The position numbers were made by a program, and so were the translations under genes. This document shows positions 27,936 to 38,126 of a stretch of DNA of 64,000 nucleotides, one piece after another. Origin of the DNA: a virus; IMG/VR virus record IMGVR_UViG_3300046170_000494, positions 114,984-178,983 of that record; one strand, 5' to 3'. Under the pieces are notes generated by a model, which saw only the letters and a list, made by a program, of their open reading frames with translations, was not told the origin of the DNA and searched no databases. Within the stretch, counting starts at the first letter, position 1. Each line of letters begins with the position of its first letter.

Positions 27936-30900
27936 TAACTTAATAGACCCCCAGGCCTTTGTTCTTCGACTATAATACTTAAAACTTGCTGCTTCACTCT
28001 TTCTGACAACAACTTCATTTTATCCCCTCCTTCTTGAGCGGGAGCTCCTCCATCTTGCTTTTTTTCTTCAGACCCTTTAGCTGTATTTATGGAAATATTA
28101 ATATTGTTAGTGTTGCCCCCAGCAGAAGTTCCTTTGCTTTCTGACATTGGAGAAGTTTCTCCACCATCATAAAATTTTCCTGCGTTTATTTTATCCAACA
28201 TCGGCTTGCCTAGCTGGCGAGCACTACTTGCTTTAATAACGTATTCTCCTTCACTGAGCATTGCAGGAATTTGGTCGATACCAGATTTGCCAGAGATGTG
28301 TCCTCCGCTGGCGTATTTATTTATTTTTCCCCCAAAATATGGCATTTTTACCATTAAAGCTTCTTTAAGAGATAAATTTTGACTAACAAAAGGGTTTGCT
28401 AGATCTGCATCAGTTATATCTAGAGAGCTCATTTGAGTACCTGAACCTCCCTCGGTCACAGGAACTATATTTGCTCCTCCTCCTTGATCTCCAGATAAAG
28501 GAGTTGAATCTGCTCCTCCCCCTCCAAAATTTATATTTTTTAATCCATAAGTTAGCCCCGCACTTATTACGGTTGATAAAAGAGCTTGTCTTCTAGCTTT
28601 CTTTTTCGCTTTTTTTGCGGCGGCTTCCTGAGCTCGCCTTCTGTCTTCTGCTAAAAGACCTTGCATTTCATCGACATCAGCTTTAAGCCCAACGCTTTTG
28701 GCTTGCCCGCTATAGAAAAAGCCCGACATTTTTCTGTATTGATGAGCTCGACTACTTAATCTTTCTCTAGCTCCTGCAGCTCGAGCAGAGCCAGGAACTC
28801 CTCCTCCTTCAGCAAACTTAAGTACGCTACCTCCATTGTATTTTCCTTGTGTTCCACCAAATCCACTAAAAATAGAGCCGAGCATTTTAAATGGAGCAGA
28901 TATAACACTAAATAATCCACCAAATAAATTATCAAAAAATCCCGGTTGTGCTGCGCTTTTATTTATATCTTTTCCAGATTTAAGGGCAGCTAATACATCT
29001 CCATGAGGAGCTTTTCCTGCAAAATTCCCTCCAGGACTTTTAATTCCAGGGATTTTTTTCATATCTTTTTTAAAGCTAGCCATTTTTTTGACGTCCACAC
29101 TTGGCTGAGACGGAGCCTTTGGGCCAGAACCAAAAAACGAAGCTAAATCTTGTTTTTTAGTTATTGCAGAAGATGCGCGGGCTTTTTCATATTCTTGCTG
29201 ATACAATCGCATATTCTTTTCGTTATTAAAGAATTTGCGCATTCTTTGTCTCATTGATGGTCTTGAAATTTTACTATATTCTGGTTGTGGAGCAAAAGCG
29301 TCAGCAAGACCCATAGTTCCACCTGCTGGTTGTCCGAAAGCTTCGGCGAGACCCATGGTTCCTCCTCCGCTAGAAAATTTTGGAGTTTTGCCTCTAGCAT
29401 TTAAACTATGCATAAAGTTTGAGCCGTATTTATTTACAGCTCTTCTACTCATTACATATTCTCCATTAGTGACCATTGCAGGAACGCCACCGCCTTTAGA
29501 GTATTTTCTCACATTACCCCCTTGCGATAAACCCATTGCTCCGACGACTTGATTTGCGGCACTTTGAAGAAAAGCATTTCTTAAAGCCGATAAAAATCCC
29601 ATAGCCACTCCTTGAAGTGCATCTCCTAAATCTTTACTTTTATCTAAAGCTGCATCCATGGCGGTCACAAGTCCATCACGAAAATGGGTTGCGGTTATTG
29701 TTCCTAATTGGTAATCTATGGTTTCTGCGTCTTCAAGCATTTTTTTTCCTGCATCCTTAAATGCATTACCGAAAGCTCCTGGTCCAGTCTTATGAGCCCT
29801 TGCGGCAGCAACTCGCTCTTTTTCTATTTCCAGAAGAGTCTTAGATGAAGAGATTTCTTTTTCTGTTTCTTCTTTTAGTATTTTTTTCTTTTGAGCTATC
29901 TCTTCTAACTTCTTGATTCTTTCATCTTTGTCTTTCAGTAAAGCTTGGTAGTCTTCTATTTCTGACTTAGTCATATCTAACTTAGAACCATAGACTCCCC
30001 CTCCCTGATAAGTTTTTTCGTGAGCTGCTATTTTTTTCTTGTATTCTAAAAACTTTTTTTGCTCAAAAGCTTCCGGACTAGTATTTAGCTTTGCCATTTC
30101 ATTTTCTTCGTTTTCTTTAAGTCGTTTTATTTTTTCTTCTAAAGCAAATTCTTTTTCTCTTATAGCAAAAACTTCTCGCTCCTTTTGAGTTTTATATCCC
30201 GGACCGGCGGCTAGAGCTCTTTGAGCTGCGTCAACCTTATTATCAAATCCCCGTATTTTTTGGGTTGATTGCAGAGATCTAGAGTTCATTTCATTAATTC
30301 TCTGCATGTCAGTAAGTGTTTGCTTTCTATTTGAAAGTATTAAATTAACGTTTTTCTCTGCGTCCGCTAAATCTTTGGCGGTATCTCGAGTTTTTTGAGC
30401 CACTTCTAAATTGTTAATTCTTTTTTGTAGTTCTGTTTCAAGAATTTTTACGACAATTGCCTCCGTGCCCCCCTTCTGAAGTCTTTTCATTTTATCTAAG
30501 ATCTCTTGAAGGCTCATCGCGCTTACTCTATCAGTTAGATCTTGATCTTCCATCTCTTCATTTCCTAAAGAAATTTTAAAAGCTGAAGATAGAGATGGGC
30601 TATCTTTTATTTTTTGAAGTAATCCTGTTTTTGTTTGGGCGTCGATTTGTGCTGTAGCTTTTTTGTAAGCCTCAGTAGCTTTATTGATCGCTTCGGTATG
30701 CTTATACATAGTTTTTTGTCTTTCTGTAATAGAGCTACCTATTATTTTTTGCTCAAGCTTTAAAGCTTGGTTTTGCTTTGCATAACTTGCTTGTATTTCT
30801 AACTGTTCGATTGTAGCAGCTTGCTGAGCAGCAAGCATAGCTTTCTGAAAGTTCAGGGCAAGGATGACACCATCTTTAAGTTTATTATTTGCATCATTTA

Positions 30901-33900
30901 TTTTTTCTTGTTCAAGATTATAAGATTCCATACCATTTAGCATTTCTACTCTTAACGATTCTAGGGCAATTTGTTGGTTTTCTGTTTTTGGATCTAATAT
31001 GCCTTGCTCTCGAAGCATTTTCTCATATTGAGCGCCAGTCATGGCCTTTTTTTCTTTCGAGAATTTTATTCCATCTTCGCCGACATTTTCAATTTGCGTA
31101 AACAACTGTTTACCTTCAAGCCGTTTTAAGTATTTACTAATTATGTCCCCTTGACTTTGAGATTTTTCTGTAAACTCCCGTCTCATGTAAGTTGTTCGTT
31201 GTTTAGAGCTATCTCCATAAATATAACTTTCAAGAGGTCTACCATTAGGTCCGTACTCAAATTTTGGTAGCTTTTTACGCATACTTTCCATTTCAGATGA
31301 TGACATTTGAGACATCGTCTCTCCTATAAATTCTGGGGGTAAAGCTTGAGCTATTTGTTTGCCGACTTCGGACGCACGTTGTTTCTCTGCATCCCTAGCT
31401 TCGTTAATAGAGGACACTAAGCCAGAAAAAGCTCCAACTGTTGCTCCTACTGCTGTCCCTAAAGCTCCAAACATCATGCCCATAGAGGCGCCCATACCTG
31501 CCCCAGATAATGTTCCTCCTATCGCTTTACCTGTAGTTCCACCAATAGAGTCTTCTAAAAACCCTGCGGCCATAGGAAGCCCCATCATTAAACCCATCTG
31601 TCCACCCGTGCTGCCAAGAGCTCGACCCATGGTTGTATTAGAAAATCTTTCGTTTGCGTTTCTTAATCCTAGAGATCTAGTAGTCCTACCTCTTGCGTTA
31701 TTGAGTCTATCAATAGTGGAAATACTTTTTCTTAATCTTTGATTAACTTCTTGTTGAGCACTGCTTCCGAGGTGATAATTACTAGCTATTTTTTGCGCAG
31801 ATCTATTTAATTGATCTAGAGTTCTATTGCCTTGTTTATAAGAATCAATTCTTTTCTTGAGGTGAGCGTTCGCCTGTTTGGCTAAATCATTTGCTTTCTC
31901 TTGCTCTATAGATCCAAAATCTCCAGGCTTAAATATTGCGTAATTTGGAACATACCCTTTTGCTCCAAATACATCTTTTAATCCGTTTGGTTCGTCACGA
32001 GTATTAGTTACTCCAAGACCAATTGGATTGCCTTTATTCATTAGAGCTGGATGCGTTCCTACCCTGATTTGAGAAACAGGAACTCCTGCATCTCGTTCTC
32101 TTCCTATTGCATCAGATAATGGGTTTGCGAAATTAGGAATAAAACCATCAGCGCGACCTGATATATAATTTAATATTTTTTTAGGAATACCTCCAGACTT
32201 AGCGGATGCGAGAGTGTATTTTAGTTCTAAAGCGCGCTTCGTAGGGTTATTTTTATCATTCAAGAATTTTGATAACTCCGATGCGTCAGCTCCTCTAAAA
32301 TCAAAAGAAGCTTGTTTATTATCTTCAATCCTATCTCCAATTGCAGTTCTTAGTGAAGTTTCATATAAGTTCCCTAAAGTTCCGGGATCGATATGTTTAA
32401 CAATATTTTCGCTAGTAAAATCTGGTTTTTGACCTTTACTTGAACCTTTAAATATATTTTTATGCAATCTTTCTGCGAACCCCCTCAGAGGGTCTTTAAC
32501 CAAATCTCCTATTGTTTTTCGAGCCACACTATCAGACTGACCCTTCCGGATTAAGTTTAAATCTTGCTCTGAAACAGGTGAGATAGCTTTAGTTGGCAAT
32601 GTGCCTAATAATGTTTTCCCTTTTAAATCTTTTACGTTAACTCCAATTTGTTGAGCCAAAGTTTTTTTGGAGTCAGGATTTACTTCTGAAATCGGCGTAC
32701 TATATCGAATGTCTATAGGACTTTCTGTTTCTGCGCCAACGCCCAGAATAACTCCTAATTGACTAATTGCTCCAGGATATATTTGATTTAAATCTATTAC
32801 TGGATTCTTAAACCCCTTTTCTTTCTTGAAAGCTTTTCCACCAAGTTTCCCTCCAGCCGCTTTATTAAAAGCGCTCATATTTACTTTGTTTCTTGCTAAG
32901 CTTTTATACTTTCCCTCCATTTCCTTCTCAGAAAAGCCTATTGAATTAAAATTAGGTATATATCCCCCTGCGGCATAAGGATCAAACCCATGCACAGAAC
33001 CAAACGCTTGCTGATAATTTTTGCCTGCCTTACTAGATAAAGGAGGCATTATTGCTGGTTGACTTAATCCTGAGAATGTTTTAACTTTTTCTGCGCTATT
33101 ATAAATAACAGATCCTTCGCCAGGCATATTCATTGATCGAATACTTCCTGCGGCATATCCACCACGAGCAGCCTGTTCTCTTTCTGGGTTCGCAAAATTT
33201 GGTATATGACCGTAAGCACGGCCTCTGCGAGGTGTTAGGTTTGCTCCAAAGCCTTTTGAGTATAATGTAGCTGCACTGCTTTTAGCGACAGAGTCGAGCA
33301 TTTTTGCTTCAGCTACTTGAGCTCTTAAAAGTCCAAGAATTATTTTTTCTTTTTCTGTTCGAGAAATGTCCGTGCGCAACATTTCTTTGCTTAATTCAGA
33401 ACTTCTTCCAAACAGTCCTACAAGAGATGTTTGAATTACTTTTTGTTTCTGAGCTTCGCTAGTTACTCCAATTAATGAAGTTAAACTTTCTTTAGCGAAG
33501 CTTGCCGCTTTTAAGAATAACTTTCCAAATACAGCAGTGATAACAACTAAACCCGGACCGCTAATTACATTGCCTAAGCCCCTTAGGAATCCATTTGCAA
33601 ATTTACTTCCAGTTCCCTCTCCATCCCCTAAAAGTCCAGACAAACCTTCTGCTCCACTTTTAACTATATTTAAAACTTTTTCAATTCCGGGAGCAAGCAT
33701 TATCTCTCCGATTTGAGCAGATACCTGTTTAATTGCCAACCCAGTTTCGGTTGCCATTGCGGCCATGGTATTCCTTAATTGTTCATTTTTCTCTATAGCT
33801 TCGTTTGTTGCTCCTGCAGAAATTTGAGTAGCGTTTGCAAGAATACCATTTTGTTTAGCGGCATCACCAAGAACAGCTTTTAAAACGTTGATTTGAAAAA

Positions 33901-34834
33901 CGCCACCGACTGTCTGAGCTATTTGCGCTTTTTGGGCTTCGGATAATGAATCAAAAGTGTTTGCGAGATCAGTTAATATTTTCTTTGCTCCAAGAGTCTT
34001 ACCTTCGATATCTCTAACAGCAATTCCTAAATTCTCTAGTTGATTTAAAGTATCAGTTCTTCCGATACGAGTAAAAATAGTTTTAAAGGAGTTACCAATA
34101 ACCTTACCGCCTCGAGCTGTTTGTTGCTGAGCGGCAGTGACTAAGCCAATTAACTCATCAATATTGACTCCAGCTCCTTTAGCTGCTGCACCAGTTCTAG
34201 ATATAGCGTCAGCAAAATCTTCTGCGCTAACCGCAAACTTAACATCAACTGCGGCGAATTTACTTACTAATTGAGTAGTATCCTTGATTTGATTACCATA
34301 GGTATTCATTGCGGCAGTTAATGACTTTACTGCCTCCGCAGAATCCATACCTGTTAATCGAGTAAGAATAAGAGCGTCTTTTGTTCTTTTTAAAGATTCT
34401 TCTACATTAAGGCCTTGACGAGCATACTCTGTCGCAGCGTCAGCTGCAACCTTAAATGCTGCACCAGTTTCTTTAGCTACTTTAAATAAACCATCACTAA
34501 ACGCTTCAAGCTTTTGAGTGCTCAGGCCCATAACAACATTAATATCCGCCAAAGATTTTTCAACTTCAACCATATTGCGAACCATTCCTTTAAATGCGTC
34601 CGCCATACCGTTGATTATTGCCATCGAAGCGCCGAAAGCTATAATACGAGCATTCGCGGCTTCCATAGACTTACTGAATTCATCAGCAGCCCGCTTCATA
34701 TTACCTAAAGGTTGGGTCGCGCCCTTATCGTCAACACTTATTCTAATAGGTTGACGCCGAATTCTGTTTACAGCAGACTGAACCGCTGCCTCAAGAGGTT
34801 GTGTATTACCGTGTACGTCAAGATTTATAGCCAT
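27935..34834 (-). CDS. Tape measure protein (TP901-like core), 2299 aa
   Basis: Ala/Gly/Lys-rich helical protein; AATEYARQG...AVSAEDFADAISRTG core; C-terminal F/YxxGG and AMLSEGEYVI motifs; directly upstream of the tail tip genes. Confidence 0.92.
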   Translation of the reverse strand: MAINLDVHGNTQPLEAAVQSAVNRIRRQPIRISVDDKGATQPLGNMKRAADEFSKSMEAANARIIAFGASMAIINGMADAFKGMVRNMVEVEKSLADINVVMGLSTQKLEAFSDGLFKVAKETGAAFKVAADAATEYARQGLNVEESLKRTKDALILTRLTGMDSAEAVKSLTAAMNTYGNQIKDTTQLVSKFAAVDVKFAVSAEDFADAISRTGAAAKGAGVNIDELIGLVTAAQQQTARGGKVIGNSFKTIFTRIGRTDTLNQLENLGIAVRDIEGKTLGAKKILTDLANTFDSLSEAQKAQIAQTVGGVFQINVLKAVLGDAAKQNGILANATQISAGATNEAIEKNEQLRNTMAAMATETGLAIKQVSAQIGEIMLAPGIEKVLNIVKSGAEGLSGLLGDGEGTGSKFANGFLRGLGNVISGPGLVVITAVFGKLFLKAASFAKESLTSLIGVTSEAQKQKVIQTSLVGLFGRSSELSKEMLRTDISRTEKEKIILGLLRAQVAEAKMLDSVAKSSAATLYSKGFGANLTPRRGRAYGHIPNFANPEREQAARGGYAAGSIRSMNMPGEGSVIYNSAEKVKTFSGLSQPAIMPPLSSKAGKNYQQAFGSVHGFDPYAAGGYIPNFNSIGFSEKEMEGKYKSLARNKVNMSAFNKAAGGKLGGKAFKKEKGFKNPVIDLNQIYPGAISQLGVILGVGAETESPIDIRYSTPISEVNPDSKKTLAQQIGVNVKDLKGKTLLGTLPTKAISPVSEQDLNLIRKGQSDSVARKTIGDLVKDPLRGFAERLHKNIFKGSSKGQKPDFTSENIVKHIDPGTLGNLYETSLRTAIGDRIEDNKQASFDFRGADASELSKFLNDKNNPTKRALELKYTLASAKSGGIPKKILNYISGRADGFIPNFANPLSDAIGRERDAGVPVSQIRVGTHPALMNKGNPIGLGVTNTRDEPNGLKDVFGAKGYVPNYAIFKPGDFGSIEQEKANDLAKQANAHLKKRIDSYKQGNRTLDQLNRSAQKIASNYHLGSSAQQEVNQRLRKSISTIDRLNNARGRTTRSLGLRNANERFSNTTMGRALGSTGGQMGLMMGLPMAAGFLEDSIGGTTGKAIGGTLSGAGMGASMGMMFGALGTAVGATVGAFSGLVSSINEARDAEKQRASEVGKQIAQALPPEFIGETMSQMSSSEMESMRKKLPKFEYGPNGRPLESYIYGDSSKQRTTYMRREFTEKSQSQGDIISKYLKRLEGKQLFTQIENVGEDGIKFSKEKKAMTGAQYEKMLREQGILDPKTENQQIALESLRVEMLNGMESYNLEQEKINDANNKLKDGVILALNFQKAMLAAQQAATIEQLEIQASYAKQNQALKLEQKIIGSSITERQKTMYKHTEAINKATEAYKKATAQIDAQTKTGLLQKIKDSPSLSSAFKISLGNEEMEDQDLTDRVSAMSLQEILDKMKRLQKGGTEAIVVKILETELQKRINNLEVAQKTRDTAKDLADAEKNVNLILSNRKQTLTDMQRINEMNSRSLQSTQKIRGFDNKVDAAQRALAAGPGYKTQKEREVFAIREKEFALEEKIKRLKENEENEMAKLNTSPEAFEQKKFLEYKKKIAAHEKTYQGGGVYGSKLDMTKSEIEDYQALLKDKDERIKKLEEIAQKKKILKEETEKEISSSKTLLEIEKERVAAARAHKTGPGAFGNAFKDAGKKMLEDAETIDYQLGTITATHFRDGLVTAMDAALDKSKDLGDALQGVAMGFLSALRNAFLQSAANQVVGAMGLSQGGNVRKYSKGGGVPAMVTNGEYVMSRRAVNKYGSNFMHSLNARGKTPKFSSGGGTMGLAEAFGQPAGGTMGLADAFAPQPEYSKISRPSMRQRMRKFFNNEKNMRLYQQEYEKARASSAITKKQDLASFFGSGPKAPSQPSVDVKKMASFKKDMKKIPGIKSPGGNFAGKAPHGDVLAALKSGKDINKSAAQPGFFDNLFGGLFSVISAPFKMLGSIFSGFGGTQGKYNGGSVLKFAEGGGVPGSARAAGARERLSSRAHQYRKMSGFFYSGQAKSVGLKADVDEMQGLLAEDRRRAQEAAAKKAKKKARRQALLSTVISAGLTYGLKNINFGGGGADSTPLSGDQGGGANIVPVTEGGSGTQMSSLDITDADLANPFVSQNLSLKEALMVKMPYFGGKINKYASGGHISGKSGIDQIPAMLSEGEYVIKASSARQLGKPMLDKINAGKFYDGGETSPMSESKGTSAGGNTNNINISINTAKGSEEKKQDGGAPAQEGGDKMKLLSERVKQQVLSIIVEEQRPGGLLS
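29291..29365 (-). repeat. 42-bp-period tandem duplication within the TMP (GGTMGLA[ED]AF x2)
   Basis: Copies at about 29333-29365 and 29291-29323. Confidence 0.75.
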
Positions 34835-34874
34835 ATTACCTTATTCCTTAGTTCAGGTAATTATACACTAAATA

Positions 34875-35861
34875 TTATTCTACTCCATGCAATTTCATTA
34901 AATCTTGCATATTTAAAGTTCCGCCTTTTTTCTTCGCTTCGTCATGCAGACTAACTCCGCCTTTAGGTTTTTCAATACCAAGATACTCATAATCTTCATC
35001 TTTAGCTCCAACAAGCGTTCCTGCGGCGCCTTGAGAGAGTTTATCTTTTGCCTTATCTCTTTCTTCTTTTGAACTACTGCCAAACTCTAACAATTTAGCA
35101 GGATCTTTTCTTATGCTTTCTGGTATATTTTCATTACTATCAAATATATTTTTAAATACTCTAGTATAAACAATTAATCTTATTTGATTATATGTTAATG
35201 CACAAAATGGTTTTCCATAAAACTGCATACTATCTTCTGCAAAACTTAAATATGGATTATAAAATTCTTCTAATATAGTATATTGTATATTTTCTTCAGT
35301 AAAGCCCTCAAATATTTGATTATAATTAAATATATATTTTTTAATATCATGATCTTCTAATTCATCATAAACTTTTTCACTAAATAATACTTCATTTAAA
35401 TCCTTGTCTTTGTAAAAACTTTTAATCATATAAAAATCATTCATACGATCTTTTGCATATTTTTCACAAGTATTACCAATAAGAGATATTTTATGATTTT
35501 GTTTTTCTAATAAAATTTTCTGCTCTTGATCTATAAGCTCAGACTGTTTATCAATAGCGCTTTTAAGTACCATTTTATTTCGCGCTTTCTTTAAGCTATC
35601 AATAAAAATAGTTTTTTCTTCAATAAATTTATCTTCCGCTTCACTCCATTCTCCTTCTTTCATTAAGAAGTCAAGCATATCTTTTTCTGTTGGAACTCCG
35701 CGTTTTTGCGCTATTTTGAAATACTTATCTTCTACCTCTTCAAGTTCTACTTGATCGTGAGGTGTTAGGTGCTTAATATATACAAATTCTTCTTCGATTA
35801 TAGCCGTAGAGTATCCACGAACTATATCTCTAAATATTTTTCTGCGCGCTACAGTTTCCAC
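34875..35861 (-). CDS. Putative tail assembly chaperone (GT-like position)
   Basis: Helical charged protein immediately before the TMP; N-terminal part aligns by eye with the upstream ORF; GTG start. Confidence 0.55.
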   Translation of the reverse strand: METVARRKIFRDIVRGYSTAIIEEEFVYIKHLTPHDQVELEEVEDKYFKIAQKRGVPTEKDMLDFLMKEGEWSEAEDKFIEEKTIFIDSLKKARNKMVLKSAIDKQSELIDQEQKILLEKQNHKISLIGNTCEKYAKDRMNDFYMIKSFYKDKDLNEVLFSEKVYDELEDHDIKKYIFNYNQIFEGFTEENIQYTILEEFYNPYLSFAEDSMQFYGKPFCALTYNQIRLIVYTRVFKNIFDSNENIPESIRKDPAKLLEFGSSSKEERDKAKDKLSQGAAGTLVGAKDEDYEYLGIEKPKGGVSLHDEAKKKGGTLNMQDLMKLHGVE

Positions 35862-35866
35862 GCATA

Positions 35867-36688
35867 TTAAACTCTACCTTCTTCGATGTCTTCGTCTAGT
35901 TTAGCGAAATCAGCTGTCGATACTGCGCCAGAGCTATAATACCAGAAGCTAAATAATGCAGCAACTTTGCCTCCGACGATGTCATAAAGTTCATCACCTT
36001 CTTCTTCAAGTTCATAATATCTTTCTAGTTTTTGATCGAAGTCATTTCCTTCAAATAATGGAATAAGATCATCACTATCTTCTTTTTGAGTATAAGTCAG
36101 ATGAAGAATATACCACTGAATAACTTTATTTTCCGCGCGAACATCTGCAGTGTGATTAAATAAATTAGAATATGAAGTTTCTACATCAACAATATTTTTT
36201 CTAAGTTCAGTAATCTCAGCGGAAATGTCATCCAACTTCTTTTGGTCTTCGTTAGAGATATTGCTTTTAATTCTGATCCTTTCGCTTTCTTGAGATAATT
36301 CGCCGTAACGGATGTACATTTTTGTTAGAGCTTTTGCATCTTCTTCAGGAAGCAGTCCTCCTGTATCGCTATACTTTTTCGCTAACATGGCTTTAGTAAG
36401 AATTCCTTTTTTAACACACTTACTCATCTCAACACTAAATTCTAATTCCGCATCTTCGATTTGCCTACGAGTTGGTTGTTTCATAACAAGCCTATAAGGC
36501 ACAGCTTCTTCAACCTCTTTTGTCATGGAGACTTCTTCTTCTTCTCCAGTCTCTTCATTTTTAATTTTTTTCTTTTGAGTTTGCTTAACCTTTTCTTTCT
36601 TCTCAAAAGTAAAACTATAAATTTCACGTAATTTTTTACGAGTATCGTTCATAGTTGGTGTCTTTTCTAGTGTTTCCGTAGTTGCCAT
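35867..36688 (-). CDS. Putative tail assembly chaperone (G-like position)
   Basis: Acidic helical protein two genes before the TMP. Confidence 0.5.
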   Translation of the reverse strand: MATTETLEKTPTMNDTRKKLREIYSFTFEKKEKVKQTQKKKIKNEETGEEEEVSMTKEVEEAVPYRLVMKQPTRRQIEDAELEFSVEMSKCVKKGILTKAMLAKKYSDTGGLLPEEDAKALTKMYIRYGELSQESERIRIKSNISNEDQKKLDDISAEITELRKNIVDVETSYSNLFNHTADVRAENKVIQWYILHLTYTQKEDSDDLIPLFEGNDFDQKLERYYELEEEGDELYDIVGGKVAALFSFWYYSSGAVSTADFAKLDEDIEEGRV

Positions 36689-36695
36689 AATATTT

Positions 36696-36983
36696 TTATT
36701 TAAATGTAAATCCTATAGTATAATTATCTAATTCTGTTTCGATATTTCTAATAGTTTCGTTACCAATATCTAAAGTTCTTTTTCTTAAGTATTGCAACTT
36801 TTCTTCATCGAAGTAATTAGCTTGATCGATAATAGGGCTACAGCCTTCAGGTAGATTCTTTTTTAATTTGTCGAAATGAATCTGATGCTCATTATGTAAA
36901 TCCTCAAGCATAACGAGGAAACCCTTAAAAAGGGAAACCGTATTCCTTTGATAGGACTTTCTGAAAATACCTTCTGCGTCCAT
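36696..36983 (-). CDS. Hypothetical protein (tail module)
   Basis: ORF track; ATG 36983 (MDAEG) chosen because a GTGTA motif lies upstream. Confidence 0.55.
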   Translation of the reverse strand: MDAEGIFRKSYQRNTVSLFKGFLVMLEDLHNEHQIHFDKLKKNLPEGCSPIIDQANYFDEEKLQYLRKRTLDIGNETIRNIETELDNYTIGFTFK

Positions 36984-37006
36984 AAACCTTGTACCTACAA
37001 AGGTAA

Positions 37007-37034
37007 TACACAAAAAATATAGTTTAGTGTAAAG
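37007..37034. promoter_or_regulatory. Back-to-back GTGTA motifs (candidate divergent late promoters)
   Basis: GTGTATTA on minus (37011 downward) and GTGTAAAG on plus (37027), at the divergence point. Confidence 0.55.
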
Positions 37035-37040
37035 TTAGTT

Positions 37041-37508
37041 ATGGCAGAATTTTTATCATCGTCCGACAGAGCTACAATTGCGGCTCACTTATTAGATCTT
37101 CATGATACATTTGGAAGAGATATAATTGTATATAAAGAAGCTCAAAAGGTAATTATTAGCACAGACCCAAACTACAACTATTTATATAATACTGCAGGAG
37201 CGACGAATCAAAGCGTAGAAAATGTTCCAGTTAAAAAAGTATTTAAAGCAAGAATAAGATATGACACAGATCGCAGTTTAGAAAATTTTGGAGAAGCAGA
37301 TGCGCAAATAAAAGTTGATAGACCAGACGCAAATAGTTTAGTTAGAATTAAATTAAAAATCGAAGACTATCAATATATAAAAGAAGCTAAAAGAATTGAA
37401 TTTGATGGTAGAATGTTTAGAGTAGAATCTGACCCTAGAGCTCACGGACTTTTTGATGTAGTTCAATTTTATACTTTGTACCTCAGACCAATTGAATCAA
37501 GTGGCTAG
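37041..37508 (+). CDS. Putative head-closure/neck protein
   Basis: Beta-rich; RIEFDGRMFRV motif typical of head-tail joining proteins; first gene of a neck-tube operon. Confidence 0.5.
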   Translation: MAEFLSSSDRATIAAHLLDLHDTFGRDIIVYKEAQKVIISTDPNYNYLYNTAGATNQSVENVPVKKVFKARIRYDTDRSLENFGEADAQIKVDRPDANSLVRIKLKIEDYQYIKEAKRIEFDGRMFRVESDPRAHGLFDVVQFYTLYLRPIESSG

Positions 37509-38124
37509 AATAAAAGATAGATCTGTTAGAGACAGCGTTCAAAAACAACTTAGATCAGATAAAGATTTAAACTTACAAGTTCGTGTTTTAATAGATAAGC
37601 AATTTAAAACAGCTCATCAAAAACTTCTTTCAGACTTCAGATCTCATCCTATTACCAGAGAATTAAAAGTTGCAGAAGGAGCGTCTAATTACAGCGGAGG
37701 TTTGGCAGAAGGCAATCTTTTTGGATTCATAGGTTTCGAATCAGGTTATGATGCTATTGAGCCTATTGAAAAACTATTAGTAAGAGCAGATATTTTAATA
37801 AAACAAAGAAGAGTTATGAGATCAGGATTTATTTGGGCTTATGCAGTAAATATGCCATCAATAAATGATCTTTATAAAGTGACCCCAATGCCATGGTCTC
37901 AAGGAGCTAGTTGGCTAAGAGAGCTTGAAGGTAGGGGCATACCAAACTTAGGTCAATATATGTATGTTGATGCCAAAACTAGCCGCTCCTCCGAAGGTAT
38001 ACAAGGAGGTAATAGGTCAGGAGGTAGGCTTAGAATGACATATATAAAGCCTATGCTAGAAGAATTTGAAAAGAATTTAAATAATATTAGTGGCGCACAA
38101 AGAATATCTGCGCGCAATTTTTAA
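37492..38124 (+). CDS. Putative neck/tail completion protein
   Basis: Position between the closure and terminator genes; no diagnostic motif. Confidence 0.4.
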   Translation: MNQVARIKDRSVRDSVQKQLRSDKDLNLQVRVLIDKQFKTAHQKLLSDFRSHPITRELKVAEGASNYSGGLAEGNLFGFIGFESGYDAIEPIEKLLVRADILIKQRRVMRSGFIWAYAVNMPSINDLYKVTPMPWSQGASWLRELEGRGIPNLGQYMYVDAKTSRSSEGIQGGNRSGGRLRMTYIKPMLEEFEKNLNNISGAQRISARNF

Positions 38125-38126
38125 AT

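Noticed and set aside
13275-34954. Short plus-strand ORFs of the track lying antisense to the tail genes (and similar antisense ORFs elsewhere)
   Set aside because: They lie fully inside long, motif-supported genes on the other strand or frame and have no recognisable features
35861-35880. Programmed -1 frameshift joining the two tail chaperones
   Set aside because: The downstream ORF is in the -1 frame, but that frame has a TAG at 35876-35874 and there is no XXXYYYZ heptamer before the stop
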